In this document: positions 10,201 to 19,681 of the stretch, piece by piece
Layout: the number at the start of each line of letters is the position of its first letter
Numbering within the stretch: the stretch's first letter is position 1
Origin: a virus
Taxonomy: Duplodnaviria > Caudoviricetes
DNA: 64,000 nucleotides
Reading direction: 5' to 3' (one strand)
IMG/VR virus record: IMGVR_UViG_2905639403_000004
Coordinates: 1 to 64,000 of that record
Notes under the pieces: generated by a model
The model's database searches: none
What the model saw: only the letters and a program-made list of their open reading frames with translations
Told to the model about the DNA's origin: nothing
Made by a program: the position numbers and the translations under genes

Positions 10201-11700
10201 AGTAGCGGCACTTTGAACAACAGATGATGTCAAAATCCCAGCAAGTGATTGCATGCCACTATTCTTAACATTAAGCAATGGTGCTGCCATCTTAGCCTTG
10301 ATTGTTGTCCAACTACCGGACAGCTGCGCAATGGCGCCTTCACTAGTTTTTCCAAATTGGTCAAATGTGCTCTTGCTTGTTGTCCCAACTTTGTAAACTA
10401 AGTTCATGAAGTCGTCAGACTTGATTTTCCCGTCAGCAACCATTTTGGCAAATGACTCCTGACTGACTCCAGCAGCTTTGGCTAATTGTGCGCCTAATGT
10501 AGGAGCCTGCTTTTCAAGTTTGGCAAGGTTTGTTGTTGTTAAATTACCTGAAGCAACGACACGTGTCATCGCTTTAGACAATGAATCCATGCCGTCTCCG
10601 CCTTTGTGCGAAGCCGTAGCAATGCTGGCAATACCAGCACTAATGACTAGAGTTTTATCAGTGACACCATGTGTCATGGTATCAACGGTGGTTTGCATTT
10701 TGTTAACTTCGCCACCGGTTGCACCAGTCTCACTGCGCAAATATGACATTTGATCGGAAAGAATCTGGATATCATTGGCTGACTTACCCATGTTCTCCCA
10801 TGTCATTTTCAGCTTTTCTCCGGCCTCGTTAAGTTCTAGCCCAGACTTTACCGTGTCAGTAATGCTTGAGCTTAGACGTTGCCAGCCGCTCGTAATGGCA
10901 TTGGTGATTAAGCCACCCTCAACAATTTTGTGAAGCAAACCCGGTGTCTTTTCGGCTTGCTTGTTTGTTCCCGATATAGCTTCCTTAACTCTGTTGAAAA
11001 CAGATGGATTAGCCTTCTCCATTTCAGCTTGCAAACCGGTCATAGAAGACTTAGCCTTTGCTAAACTGGTAGCCGTTTCATCAACACGCGTCTTCTGTGT
11101 ACGCCATGCGTCTGAATCCTTGCCACTAGCACTGGCAATCTTATCCAACTCAGCAGACTGTTTAGACAGCTGCTCATTAAGATTGGTAATGGAGGACTTA
11201 TAGCCTTCCATCTTGGCCTTGTTGGCTTCTTGCTGATTGCCTTCAGCCTCTAAGCGAGTCACATAAGCTTGGTTGGCACGTGCAGCAGCTGTGTATTCTT
11301 GCTGTAATCCTGCCAATCCAGACTTTTGATAGTCCATTGCTTGCTTGGCACGATCTTGCTGAGCTTGCATACTAGCAAGCTGCTTAGTTGCACCATCAAT
11401 TTGTTGCTGATACTTTAAAAACTGTTGAGCAACATCGGCGGTATTGCCCTTCAACTCAGCTTGTTTGGCTTTTAGGGCGTCAATCTTAGACTGCTGTGAT
11501 TCAATAGACTTACCCAAGCCGTCATACTTGGCTTGAGCAGCTCCAACTGCATCACCAGCGGATTTCATCTCCGCCTCTTGAGCTTTCCAAGCATTTTGGC
11601 TAGAACGAACAACCGCCGTTAATGATTTGACGGATTCGCTTGCCGACAATAGATCAAGGGCAATCTTGGTGCTCATTGTTGCGTTAATTTGTTGTGCCAC
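7201..11700 (-). CDS. Tape measure protein with C-terminal lytic transglycosylase
   Basis: ~1500 aa, coiled-coil N-terminus, W/F-periodic repeats, IQRESNGNP..GLVQ SLT motif; GTG start at 11700 with RBS. Confidence 0.93.
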   Translation of the reverse strand: MAQQINATMSTKIALDLLSASESVKSLTAVVRSSQNAWKAQEAEMKSAGDAVGAAQAKYDGLGKSIESQQSKIDALKAKQAELKGNTADVAQQFLKYQQQIDGATKQLASMQAQQDRAKQAMDYQKSGLAGLQQEYTAAARANQAYVTRLEAEGNQQEANKAKMEGYKSSITNLNEQLSKQSAELDKIASASGKDSDAWRTQKTRVDETATSLAKAKSSMTGLQAEMEKANPSVFNRVKEAISGTNKQAEKTPGLLHKIVEGGLITNAITSGWQRLSSSITDTVKSGLELNEAGEKLKMTWENMGKSANDIQILSDQMSYLRSETGATGGEVNKMQTTVDTMTHGVTDKTLVISAGIASIATASHKGGDGMDSLSKAMTRVVASGNLTTTNLAKLEKQAPTLGAQLAKAAGVSQESFAKMVADGKIKSDDFMNLVYKVGTTSKSTFDQFGKTSEGAIAQLSGSWTTIKAKMAAPLLNVKNSGMQSLAGILTSSVVQSAATTLGKGLATIANWAKNVLDYVSAHKKDVTGIAGDMWDIAKVAGGEVWSLFKTAIKDIAGWLNVGGSNAKTMKDPLKAIHDVLDDIVKNKSGIQTTVKVIAGLWMTKKALEFAAGLGHVYSGLKALGDTKLAQSILSNFSKLNSSALGKGMATVTIAYDAISDIKDLTKAFSKGGTVGQKFSAVGESSGTLIGGGIGAFFGGPLGAAVGATIGKTVGKWAGDAAKKFTDGWNAKKKPANSWLGGLGWDARQMTNNVVKWWDGINKSTDAAQKKQQKQQEAANKRAQKEWNDFWKGVGKGWNGFLKTVNGWGKSLSTAWSKVWNPISKTMSSIWKNIVKIAKAGLDDLKKVIVYPVAFIAGLFIIAWRKVEKPFKDVWNDLVKFVKPPLNTISKTISNTTKGVQNAWDKTWGAISKFFSDTWNSIVKIVSFSTNWIVKNVTNFLNAVQKVWDSVWKAISNFFGDIWNGIVKIYNNASNTISKGISATLNFIQNVWNRTWGAISDFFGNIWNGMVKFFTPIIHGMSDTIGSVIRNIKNVWTDVWGSVGSFFNGIWDGIKKAAQSGINFVIDVIRTGLSAVNGVLGFFGVKKVSLPSYVHFAQGGEVGKDGTQLAMVNDDGSEHYKELIHKKRTGQWLYTDKKNAILPLETGDRIYNGKESKAIADMYGIPGFAQGGIIGSVWDGVKDASSWVVDKAEDVGKWIGDKFEAIVDWIAHPVKHVTDLVEKSISGLVNLAPVKAFGQLGEGIFKHAYNGIGDWIKKELKKIEDSMANPGGAGVQRWKPYVIQALKANGFDASAYQVAAWMRVIQRESNGNPRAINLWDSNAKAGIPSMGLVQTIGPTFNAFKFPGHNDVYNGYDDLLAGIHYMKAIYGSGSSAFARVSGPEGYANGGLITQPIHALVGEDGPETILPLTKTSRAWQLLGQAVTNINHNLGNGAVTESESSSTDDLGKKLDNIADLLTKLSFVLQVGDDQFYPKVAPKVKQYNDRTDRFNAYWKGGTV

Positions 11701-11705
11701 TTTAA

Positions 11706-11936
11706 TCACCCTTTCTCTTGGTATTGCTGCCACATGATTGCCGGATCAATTGGCCGGTCTTTCTTATCCTTGGCAGACATCATTTCAAACATTTCGAAAT
11801 AATCAGCTTCATCAAAATCATTTAGTGACCAGTGAAAGAAAACGACTGCTTGTTTTTTAGACCATCTAAAATCTTGAAGCTGATTTTCAAGTTCATAAAC
11901 TTTGACGGCTGGATTAATCTTTACTTTTGCTGGCAT
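11706..11936 (-). CDS. Tail assembly chaperone, downstream (gpT-like) ORF
   Basis: Overlaps the end of the chaperone gene and precedes the TMP; lacks a clear RBS. Confidence 0.65.
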   Translation of the reverse strand: MPAKVKINPAVKVYELENQLQDFRWSKKQAVVFFHWSLNDFDEADYFEMFEMMSAKDKKDRPIDPAIMWQQYQEKG

Positions 11937-12264
11937 CCTGCTTCTTGGCAGCTAAGTCAATATCCTCATCACTCATGCCCATCATGCGTTCAAAAGTGTA
12001 ATTAACTGCCTGAATAGTGTCGGCAAATTCTAGGTCTCCAAGTTTTTCAATTTCTTGCTTGTTCAGGGCTAAAACCGTGGTCAAGAAGTCGATTGAGTCA
12101 TGCAGCATATCGCGCTGCATCTTAATAATTTCTACCGGTTCCATATCCGCAACATCGTCTGCCTTGGCCATCAGTAACTGTAAGTCGTACATCTTTTCCA
12201 TGTTCCGATTGGTTGTCTTTACCTCATGTACACGATTGCTAAGCTGACTAACTTTGATCTTCAT
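11914..12264 (-). CDS. Tail assembly chaperone (gpG-like)
   Basis: Between MTP and TMP; ATG at 12264 with AAGGATGG RBS. Confidence 0.8.
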   Translation of the reverse strand: MKIKVSQLSNRVHEVKTTNRNMEKMYDLQLLMAKADDVADMEPVEIIKMQRDMLHDSIDFLTTVLALNKQEIEKLGDLEFADTIQAVNYTFERMMGMSDEDIDLAAKKQDASKSKD

Positions 12265-12426
12265 TGTTAATACCATCCTTTGTATTTGATAAGGTCGCTG
12301 TGGTGAATCGGACACCACCAAGTTCACCAGAAAGCGACTTTTGAGCATAAAAAATAGCGCACGTTTGTGAGCCATTCATCAGTTGTTGCTATGAAATTGC
12401 GTCAGATTACGTCTGTCAGCACCGGC

Positions 12427-13038
12427 TTATTTGCCTAATGATGAGGGTGTCAATACGTATCCGCCGAACACTTCTTTGTACATGTTGGCTTTATCAAACT
12501 TGCTATCAAGATCGCTATAAATCTTGTACGGCTGATTATTAAAGGCCATAGTAGAAAGTGCTGTATAAGTCAAAGCGTCATCTACACGTTGTTCTGCTGC
12601 CGCATCAGTCTGAATGTTAGCTGCGGTTTCGGTCATGATGCCATCACCAAATCCATAGTAAACAAAGTGCGCCCGATCAATGGTTTGGGTGGTAATAAGC
12701 AAGGCCACATGAGCCTTCAAATTCTCATCGGTCCAACCGCCTTTTTTATCACTGACAAACCCTTTAATTTGCTGTTTGACTTGGTAATTCAAGTTGTTAA
12801 TATCCAAAGCCACTGTTGGTTCTGAAGTACCAACCATAACGTCTTGGACAGCATTGTTGCCATAACTCTTAGCAATCGTGCCTGCTAAGTTAGTAATGTT
12901 GGCAGTTTTAGTACCTAAATCTTTGTGATCGACAGTATAGATACCGTCTGTGCTTAGTCCTGTATCAGCGCCAGAAATTAACTTTTGCTGTGCATCAACC
13001 AAAGCTAGCTGGATTTGATATAAACCTACTGTTGCCAT
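12427..13038 (-). CDS. Major tail protein
   Basis: Synteny; 203 aa; resembles Lactobacillus phage tail tube proteins. Confidence 0.85.
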   Translation of the reverse strand: MATVGLYQIQLALVDAQQKLISGADTGLSTDGIYTVDHKDLGTKTANITNLAGTIAKSYGNNAVQDVMVGTSEPTVALDINNLNYQVKQQIKGFVSDKKGGWTDENLKAHVALLITTQTIDRAHFVYYGFGDGIMTETAANIQTDAAAEQRVDDALTYTALSTMAFNNQPYKIYSDLDSKFDKANMYKEVFGGYVLTPSSLGK

Positions 13039-13051
13039 TTAAATCGTCTCC

Positions 13052-13423
13052 TTAAATGTTTTTTGTTCTGCTGAAATAAAATGTGTTGAAAAGCTGTGAT
13101 GTGTCTGGGTCAAATGTTCGTTGCCTGACGGCCGCTACCTGCCAATGCTGATGAGTAAAAGCCTTCATCATGGCTATCTCAATGATTTCGGGATCAGAAT
13201 CAAGCAATTGCGAGTACCAAATCTGTACTTCTACTTCCTGATTTAATGCCCAGAAATCATTGTTACCATGGGCGGTAGGATCATCAGCAGCATCAGTAAT
13301 CAGCACGACTGTTTTGTTCAGATTATCGACTAATTCTTTCGGCAAGTTATTGCCTTTAACTGCATTGATATTGGCAATCCCGGCTTGTCTAAGCATCGTT
13401 ACCGCATCATCTACGGCACTCAT
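13052..13423 (-). CDS. Tail terminator-like protein (DUF806-like)
   Basis: VEVQIWYS and DPDT motifs; synteny. Confidence 0.75.
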   Translation of the reverse strand: MSAVDDAVTMLRQAGIANINAVKGNNLPKELVDNLNKTVVLITDAADDPTAHGNNDFWALNQEVEVQIWYSQLLDSDPEIIEIAMMKAFTHQHWQVAAVRQRTFDPDTSQLFNTFYFSRTKNI

Positions 13424-13839
13424 TTATCCCCACCACCATTCGCTTTGGCAATCATTGCCTGATATTTCTCGGCTTCAGCGGCAAATACAGCGTCTTTGGC
13501 ATCGTCACGGGCATTATCAACAAAGTGATCGCCGCGAATATACTTGGTGCCATCATTCAAGAAGCGGGCAATGTGGGCTTTATTGTGGAACCCAACCGTT
13601 GAACTTCCATTATGGTCACCGTCAATATCTCCCGCAGCACTCCTGATGTCATCGCTCAAATGTCCATACTTACCGCCGTCTCCCTTAGTATTTGGGTGCT
13701 TCTCTTTGGTGGTCTCTGCTAGATTCTCGGCGTAAACATCAGCACCAGCCTTGGTAATCTTCTCTTGGTCAGATACAGAAAGCTGTGCGGCCTTTGATAC
13801 TTGCTTAAGCCATTGGCCAAGTGCCTCATCCATGTCCAC
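13420..13839 (-). CDS. HK97 gp10-like tail completion protein
   Basis: ARFLNDGTKYIRGDHFV motif. Confidence 0.82.
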   Translation of the reverse strand: MDMDEALGQWLKQVSKAAQLSVSDQEKITKAGADVYAENLAETTKEKHPNTKGDGGKYGHLSDDIRSAAGDIDGDHNGSSTVGFHNKAHIARFLNDGTKYIRGDHFVDNARDDAKDAVFAAEAEKYQAMIAKANGGGDK

Positions 13840-13841
13840 GG

Positions 13842-14183
13842 TTATGCCCCCTTAGTTGTTTTGACTAGGGTCAGATAGTCATAGCGAATAGCATCGTTTG
13901 AATCGTCTGGACTAATGTCTGAAATGTCATACACGATGCAATCTATTCTTGCTTGCTGTTGGCTTGCGTTACGTACATCGTGCCTGACAATAATCGTGAT
14001 TGAATTATCCAAACGTGTGCCCACAAGCGTGTACTGCTGGGTGAGTGTCCGCGTCTGCTGCTTGAAATGCAGACTATAATTCGGAACAAAGCTAGTGATA
14101 TTAATGCCAGCACCAGTCGTGTGTGATTTTGGAGAGCCGAGATCAACCTTGCGGCTGAAATCGGCTACTTTAAATTTAGCCAT
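13842..14183 (-). CDS. Head closure / head-tail joining protein
   Basis: Synteny; TIIVRH..YDISDISPDD pattern. Confidence 0.75.
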   Translation of the reverse strand: MAKFKVADFSRKVDLGSPKSHTTGAGINITSFVPNYSLHFKQQTRTLTQQYTLVGTRLDNSITIIVRHDVRNASQQQARIDCIVYDISDISPDDSNDAIRYDYLTLVKTTKGA

Positions 14184-14520
14184 CAGTCTCACCAGCCTTT
14201 GCTGCTTGATCACGCTGAATCTTCCAACGAATGCTGTTGATCATGTAAGCATAGCTGGGTGGATAGGCCTTGCTTTGATCAGATAGTGTGCCTCGTGAGT
14301 AATACATGAAGTCCACCAGCACCCGAACCGCCTGATTGAACAGAGGGTACTTTCGATAAACTTCAACTGCAATCGTGTCATCGACAGCATTCATCACTGC
14401 GCTTTCCGCCGTGTTAATCAAGCTGCTAAGAATCTGCGCATCACCATCAGTGTCCAGATTCAGGTAGGATTGCATATCATCAGCGGTAACTCTAACGGTA
14501 TCGGTCGTTGCATCGGCCAT
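14176..14520 (-). CDS. Head-tail connector (gp6-like)
   Basis: YLNLD..D..ILSSLI..AE and AV..LV..MY..R motifs; follows the capsid gene. Confidence 0.82.
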   Translation of the reverse strand: MADATTDTVRVTADDMQSYLNLDTDGDAQILSSLINTAESAVMNAVDDTIAVEVYRKYPLFNQAVRVLVDFMYYSRGTLSDQSKAYPPSYAYMINSIRWKIQRDQAAKAGETDG

Positions 14521-14591
14521 ATTCAATCCTCCTTTAGTGGCCGCCCGCCTTATCGGCGAATTGTTTATTTCTTAGGCGACTAATAATCGTA

Positions 14592-15770
14592 TTACTTACC
14601 AAGACCGGAACCAGATACAGCATCTGTATTGGTCACAAAATATCCGGCATTGCTATCGGCCTGTTTGACGCCAAATCGGAACGCGGCACCAAGATATTGG
14701 CCCCAAATTTTATCGTCAATCCATGCAAGTGTTACCTGTTGACGATCCGTAAACAGGACACCACGCTTCAGATCACCAACGAATGCTTTTTGATCACCTG
14801 CAAGAGAGCCGAGAAGAGTATCACCAACAACATATACGGGAACACCAAGAACCGTGCCCTTTGCAGTTCCGTCAGTAATAGAATCGGAGGCGTCGTGAAG
14901 CAAGTAGCGGCCGTTCTTATCCTTTAAAGTGTCAAGTGTGTTGAACAAAGACTGAGTAACCACAAGAGCACGGCTATATGCTGGATCAAGATCAACGTTC
15001 AGGATGTGCTTAAGGCTATCTACAAGAGTATCAGTGGTTGTTGCCTTGGCTTTGAATGACTGTAATACAGGCGCAATCATCGCGTTGTAAGTATTAACAG
15101 ACTTCTCCTTAATAGATTGACCAACAAGCGCAGTCAAATCGACTTGCGAATCAGCGATGGCTTCTTCTGAAAGCGGGATGGCCCCGCGATACGTGGCCAC
15201 CGACCAATCCACTTGAGTGAAATTCGGTTCAGCAAGTGCCGGATTCTCAGCCAGCTCTGCCACACTGGAAAAACGATCAGTCGCCCGCTTCAAAATCGGG
15301 TATGTGCCCTTAGGAGTAGTAACCGGCGTCTTGGTAACCAAGGTGGACAAATCCACAACCGAATTTACCTCTGCGGTAGGGTCATAAATAATTTCTTCCG
15401 GAATCAGCACACCAGCTTCGGTCGAAGTGACGTGACTGGCTACGTTTTCAATCACCTTGCCATGGCTATGGATGAAGTCGTTGATAGCTTTCTTCTTGGC
15501 GTCAATTGGCTTTTTCTTTAAGTCTGTTCCATTTGGATTAGCCTTGTCTTTTGGCTTGTCAGAGTTAGAATCATCCTTCTTTTCAGCTTCAAGGGCTTTA
15601 ATCTGATCGTTAATAGCGTCCCGACGTGCCTTGGCAGCGGTCAAGTCGTCCTTGATCTTTTGAAAATCATCCACAGATGCATTTTCATCTTGTAATTTTG
15701 CGTTGAGCTGCGCGTTGAGGTCAGCACACTTGGCACTGACTTCATTAAAAAGCGTTTGTAATTTGTCCAT
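14592..15770 (-). CDS. Major capsid protein, HK97 fold, with N-terminal coiled-coil delta domain
   Basis: AGVLIPEE, LKDKNGRY and LGVPV motifs. Confidence 0.93.
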   Translation of the reverse strand: MDKLQTLFNEVSAKCADLNAQLNAKLQDENASVDDFQKIKDDLTAAKARRDAINDQIKALEAEKKDDSNSDKPKDKANPNGTDLKKKPIDAKKKAINDFIHSHGKVIENVASHVTSTEAGVLIPEEIIYDPTAEVNSVVDLSTLVTKTPVTTPKGTYPILKRATDRFSSVAELAENPALAEPNFTQVDWSVATYRGAIPLSEEAIADSQVDLTALVGQSIKEKSVNTYNAMIAPVLQSFKAKATTTDTLVDSLKHILNVDLDPAYSRALVVTQSLFNTLDTLKDKNGRYLLHDASDSITDGTAKGTVLGVPVYVVGDTLLGSLAGDQKAFVGDLKRGVLFTDRQQVTLAWIDDKIWGQYLGAAFRFGVKQADSNAGYFVTNTDAVSGSGLGK

Positions 15771-16465
15771 TATTGGACCTCCTTTTTGTCATAAAAAATA
15801 GCCAGCTTCTTGTTTAGCAGATCATTCTGCTTTGGAAGTTGACTACGTAGCTTTTCATTTTCATCTTTCAGATTCTTAATTAGTTGAACTGCGTGATGTG
15901 GAATAATCGGACCCATAGCGTTTACAATTGGCGTATCGAAGTCTAGCTTTTCATCTGCCAATCCTAGTTCGACAGCTTGATCAGCGTCTAGCCAAGTTTC
16001 TTTATCCATCAATGCTAAAAAGTCATCGGCAGATTTCCCAGTCTTTGCAGAGTACAGGCTTGCGATTGCGCTATCGGTAGTTTGCAGCATTCCAGAAGCG
16101 GCATCCATCTCGTGCGAATTACCACTAGCATCACTTGATGCTCGATGAATCATCATCTTGGCGCCTGGCGCCATCTGAACCTTATTAGCCCCCATGGCAA
16201 CAATTGTTGCAGCAGAATACGCGTTTGACATCACCTTCGCTGTCACATTTCCTTGATAGCTACGCAAAGCATTGCAAATTTCCGTTGCTGGATCTACCTC
16301 GCCACCATTTGATGTAATTTCAAGTGTGACATCGGATCCGTCCGCTGGCAGAGACCCAATCACATCAGCCGGCGAAACAACTGCTTGTCCAAACCAATCA
16401 CGATAAATCGGAGCATCATCGTCATTAGTAATTGCACCATTAATTTTAATTGTCACCTTCATCAC
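15770..16465 (-). CDS. ClpP-type prohead protease
   Basis: ITSNGGEV, AYSAAT, MMIHRAS and ETWLDADQAVELGLAD motifs. Confidence 0.92.
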   Translation of the reverse strand: MMKVTIKINGAITNDDDAPIYRDWFGQAVVSPADVIGSLPADGSDVTLEITSNGGEVDPATEICNALRSYQGNVTAKVMSNAYSAATIVAMGANKVQMAPGAKMMIHRASSDASGNSHEMDAASGMLQTTDSAIASLYSAKTGKSADDFLALMDKETWLDADQAVELGLADEKLDFDTPIVNAMGPIIPHHAVQLIKNLKDENEKLRSQLPKQNDLLNKKLAIFYDKKEVQ

Positions 16466-17603
16466 CTCCCTTCACTTGTGTAGTAAGTGGCTCGAACTCA
16501 GGCAAGTTATTGGGGAAAAATTTCGATCCCTTGAGCATGGATTGAGCCTGATCTACTCCCACTAAACCAGCCTTTGCAAGATTTGATAACTGGTTAATCA
16601 GTATTGAGTCGTCAACATCCAACATGTTTTTGATATCTAGCTCAAGGTCCGGTGCGTTCATCTTCAAACGCAGCTCATCCACGATTGGATTAACATATGA
16701 GTTTAAGTTCGCCAGATATGTTGCCTTGATCTGGTCAATGTTTGAGTGTTGGCTTTCGGTCGATGTTCCGCCGCCCAAAATATCGCTAGGCACACCAAAG
16801 GCCTTGGAGATTTGATCAGCAGAGTATGCTGAATTATCAGCCAAAGCTTTAAAAACGTCAGTCTTCATTTCAAGCTGGGTGTAATCGAACCCATCCGGTA
16901 AAACCATCAAGCGACCGGAGTTATCACCGGTATTTGCCTTCTCAAACTCTTCACGAGCCGCTTCTAAGTCCTTGCCATCGCTTAAATAGTTGCTTATTTT
17001 TAGCTGACCGGCTGGATTGATCTGATTTTCCATAGCGCTCATGTTGCTCTTTGAGGCTTTATCGTCCAAATTAAGGGCGTTTTGTAAGCTTTCTAAAGGC
17101 GATCGGCCAATCAAATATCGATATTGTGGGTCTGGCATGAGCCTAAAATGCAGCATTTGGTCTTGCCTAAGCACCATTTGAGGACGATCATTGCTCTCCA
17201 AAACCGTATAAACAATGCCCATATTGCCTGGTAAATAGTTAATTTGGACGTCAGAGTTAGGAATATGCTCCAGATTCTGCCCAACTAACGGGATATAGTC
17301 GTTGCCTGACAAACAAAGTTGCATCAACGCACCTTGCCAGAAAGAAAACCGGCCTATCAAGCTGCTAGGGCTCTCAAGTCGGTTCAATGTTGCAGTATTT
17401 TCAGTTTTGAAGTGTGCCGAGGCAACATCGCTAGCAATACGGTTAATCACACTATAAACATTAGTGTTTTGCAAAGCGGACAGCGCCGAAACATAAGACA
17501 GCTGCATGCCGCCAACCGTGGTCGTGAAAAAAGCATAATTGCTCGGATAAACCATGTTTTTGGCCTTGCGTTTGCTGAAATTTTTAGGGGTTAGAAGTCC
17601 CAT
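16446..17603 (-). CDS. Portal protein, HK97 family
   Basis: VYSVINRIASDVA, MLHFRL, GRSPL and ISKAFGVP motifs. Confidence 0.92.
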   Translation of the reverse strand: MGLLTPKNFSKRKAKNMVYPSNYAFFTTTVGGMQLSYVSALSALQNTNVYSVINRIASDVASAHFKTENTATLNRLESPSSLIGRFSFWQGALMQLCLSGNDYIPLVGQNLEHIPNSDVQINYLPGNMGIVYTVLESNDRPQMVLRQDQMLHFRLMPDPQYRYLIGRSPLESLQNALNLDDKASKSNMSAMENQINPAGQLKISNYLSDGKDLEAAREEFEKANTGDNSGRLMVLPDGFDYTQLEMKTDVFKALADNSAYSADQISKAFGVPSDILGGGTSTESQHSNIDQIKATYLANLNSYVNPIVDELRLKMNAPDLELDIKNMLDVDDSILINQLSNLAKAGLVGVDQAQSMLKGSKFFPNNLPEFEPLTTQVKGGDEGDN

Positions 17604-17609
17604 TTAGCT

Positions 17610-17783
17610 TCACCCCCTTTCTTTGTCCAAAATATAAGCAGCTAAGCACGTCTCAAGACCTGCAACTAGATAACCAATAACAACGTTAAAGGTGAATGCT
17701 GCTACCGCAATTAGTGCCAAACCGATGATAAAGAGCATCACTGTGCCCCAATTGCTGAACAAATTGCTAATAATTTTTGCCAT
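17610..17783 (-). CDS. Small two-TM protein between terL and portal (57 aa, not in ORF track)
   Basis: Hand translation MAKIISNLFSNWGTVMLFIIGLALIAVAAF...ILDKERG; GGAGG RBS. Confidence 0.75.
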   Translation of the reverse strand: MAKIISNLFSNWGTVMLFIIGLALIAVAAFTFNVVIGYLVAGLETCLAAYILDKERG

Positions 17784-19681
17784 TATTTACCACCTCCAAA
17801 CATTGCCTTGAAGAAGTCACGTTTTCCTTTTGCGTCTAGGTCATTAAGCGGGTTATATCCATCATCATGATAGTTTTCGAAGTAGAATTTTGCCTGCGCA
17901 TGGGCATTAATAAGCGCATCGGTCGTATCAATATGATCACTCGTGCGATTTTGACGGTCAATCTTGACCGAACCGCCGCGATCTTCTACCAGTACAGCAT
18001 TGTTTAGCCCATCAATCAGCAGCGGATCGTTCAACATCGAAATGTTGCCATTAATAAACAGATTCTGAAAATCCTTGGTAGGTTCATTCAGCTTGAACGA
18101 GGTAGGAGGCAAAGGAAACCATTGCCACTGCGGTTGATAATTCTCCAGTTTCTTTTCTAGCCATTCACCGTGGTTTGGATCAGCAATGATGAATTTTACT
18201 TTGAGCCGATGTTGATTAACGTAATCAACCAACCACTGGTAAACCTGATCGGTGTTGATTACGCCTGATGCAAGATTCGTAATATCCACAAAACCTTCAT
18301 CTTGCAATTTAAGGTAATCTAATCCGTCCTGTTTCGACTTGGCTTCAATGGTTTTTGCCTGTGCAAATGGAATGAAGCTATGCTGCTGAACATGAAACAT
18401 GTGTTTATCATGATCAGTGTACGGATAAATGAAGCCAAAAGACGTATTGTCATTGGTCTGCGACCCGTCAAACCCTATGAACACATCACGTCCATTCACA
18501 TCGAAATGGTCGATAATACTGCGCTGAATGTTGTCTAGGGACAAATAGCTGTTTTGAAATCGCCGGCTCCATAGATTTAGGGACTTATTTACGAAGGTTT
18601 CAAGTGTTCCTTCACGTTCGTTATCGTTGCGATCTTGGTTAAGCGCATTTTGAAGGTTGTCCCGTTTACTCTTTTGCAGCTCAAGCAGATTAGGATTAGA
18701 TTTTGCCCATGTTTCGGGTTCAAATACCTCATCCTCCGAGTCCTGAGAATAAATTACTTGGAATACGTTGTCAGCGTCTCGAACGGCGTCATGCTCAATG
18801 GCAGCCCTAGTTACGTCTTCATCATTCTTAAACTTGACCTTGATATCAGGGTAAGCTGTTGAAATCTTGACGAACATTCGGTTCTTAATGCCATTTTGCC
18901 CGGATGTAATCTGCTTTAAGGTCTCATTCAAGGCTGGCCTCAAGTTACCAATTTCATCATAAACAGCGATTGCATTGTGGAAACTATCAAAGCCACCGCC
19001 TTGTGAGGTACCTTTTCGGATCGTGTTCTTAGTGTTTTTTGCAATAACTTGCGTGGTTTGAGATTCCACGCCTCGCTCTCTAGCATCATCTGCAAAGTCC
19101 GGCAGGGATAAAATTGTCTTCGCCTGCAAAGACACGTCATTGAACAGCTTGGTTGCGTGTTCACTATCGTAGCTGGCCACCAGCAAGTCCTGTGATGTCG
19201 CATTCCAGCACACTACAAAGTAGTAGAAATTGATCAGGATAGAAGCAAGCCAAGTCTTGCCCTGTTGGCGAGCAATAGATATGTTGGAAGTTGTGAATCG
19301 AGTACCGTTGTCAACGGTTCGCCAACCAATCAAGCTATCAAGGATAAACGATTGCCATTTGAATGGCTGAATTGTTTTTGAAGTATCGTCTGGATTGGGC
19401 AGCAACCGTGAAAAGTATTCAATTGCGTTGACCATGTCTGAGCTGTATTGGTAGGGGAAATCATCATTGCCAATTCTAAGCAAATCGTTTAAGTGCCGAA
19501 TACATGCCAGCTGAACGTCTCTACCAGTCATGTACTTATCCGTAAACATCACGTCATAAGCGTACCTTGTCCCTGGATCATGGTACTTATCAAACAGTCC
19601 TTGGTAATCTGATTGGTACGGCTTTACGTAGCCGCGAATATCTTGCACACCGGTAAAATCAAACGTCTGCACCAAAGCCAA
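17783..19681 (-). CDS. terL: Terminase large subunit
   Basis: WQSF, IARQQGKT (Walker A), YDE (Walker B), ISTA and GFDGS motifs. Confidence 0.94.
   Translation of the reverse strand: MALVQTFDFTGVQDIRGYVKPYQSDYQGLFDKYHDPGTRYAYDVMFTDKYMTGRDVQLACIRHLNDLLRIGNDDFPYQYSSDMVNAIEYFSRLLPNPDDTSKTIQPFKWQSFILDSLIGWRTVDNGTRFTTSNISIARQQGKTWLASILINFYYFVVCWNATSQDLLVASYDSEHATKLFNDVSLQAKTILSLPDFADDARERGVESQTTQVIAKNTKNTIRKGTSQGGGFDSFHNAIAVYDEIGNLRPALNETLKQITSGQNGIKNRMFVKISTAYPDIKVKFKNDEDVTRAAIEHDAVRDADNVFQVIYSQDSEDEVFEPETWAKSNPNLLELQKSKRDNLQNALNQDRNDNEREGTLETFVNKSLNLWSRRFQNSYLSLDNIQRSIIDHFDVNGRDVFIGFDGSQTNDNTSFGFIYPYTDHDKHMFHVQQHSFIPFAQAKTIEAKSKQDGLDYLKLQDEGFVDITNLASGVINTDQVYQWLVDYVNQHRLKVKFIIADPNHGEWLEKKLENYQPQWQWFPLPPTSFKLNEPTKDFQNLFINGNISMLNDPLLIDGLNNAVLVEDRGGSVKIDRQNRTSDHIDTTDALINAHAQAKFYFENYHDDGYNPLNDLDAKGKRDFFKAMFGGGK

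Noticed and set aside
12427-14620. MTP and MCP of P1 both end in LGK; looked for A2-like frameshift extensions
   Set aside because: No X XXY YYZ slippery heptamer is visible at either 3' end
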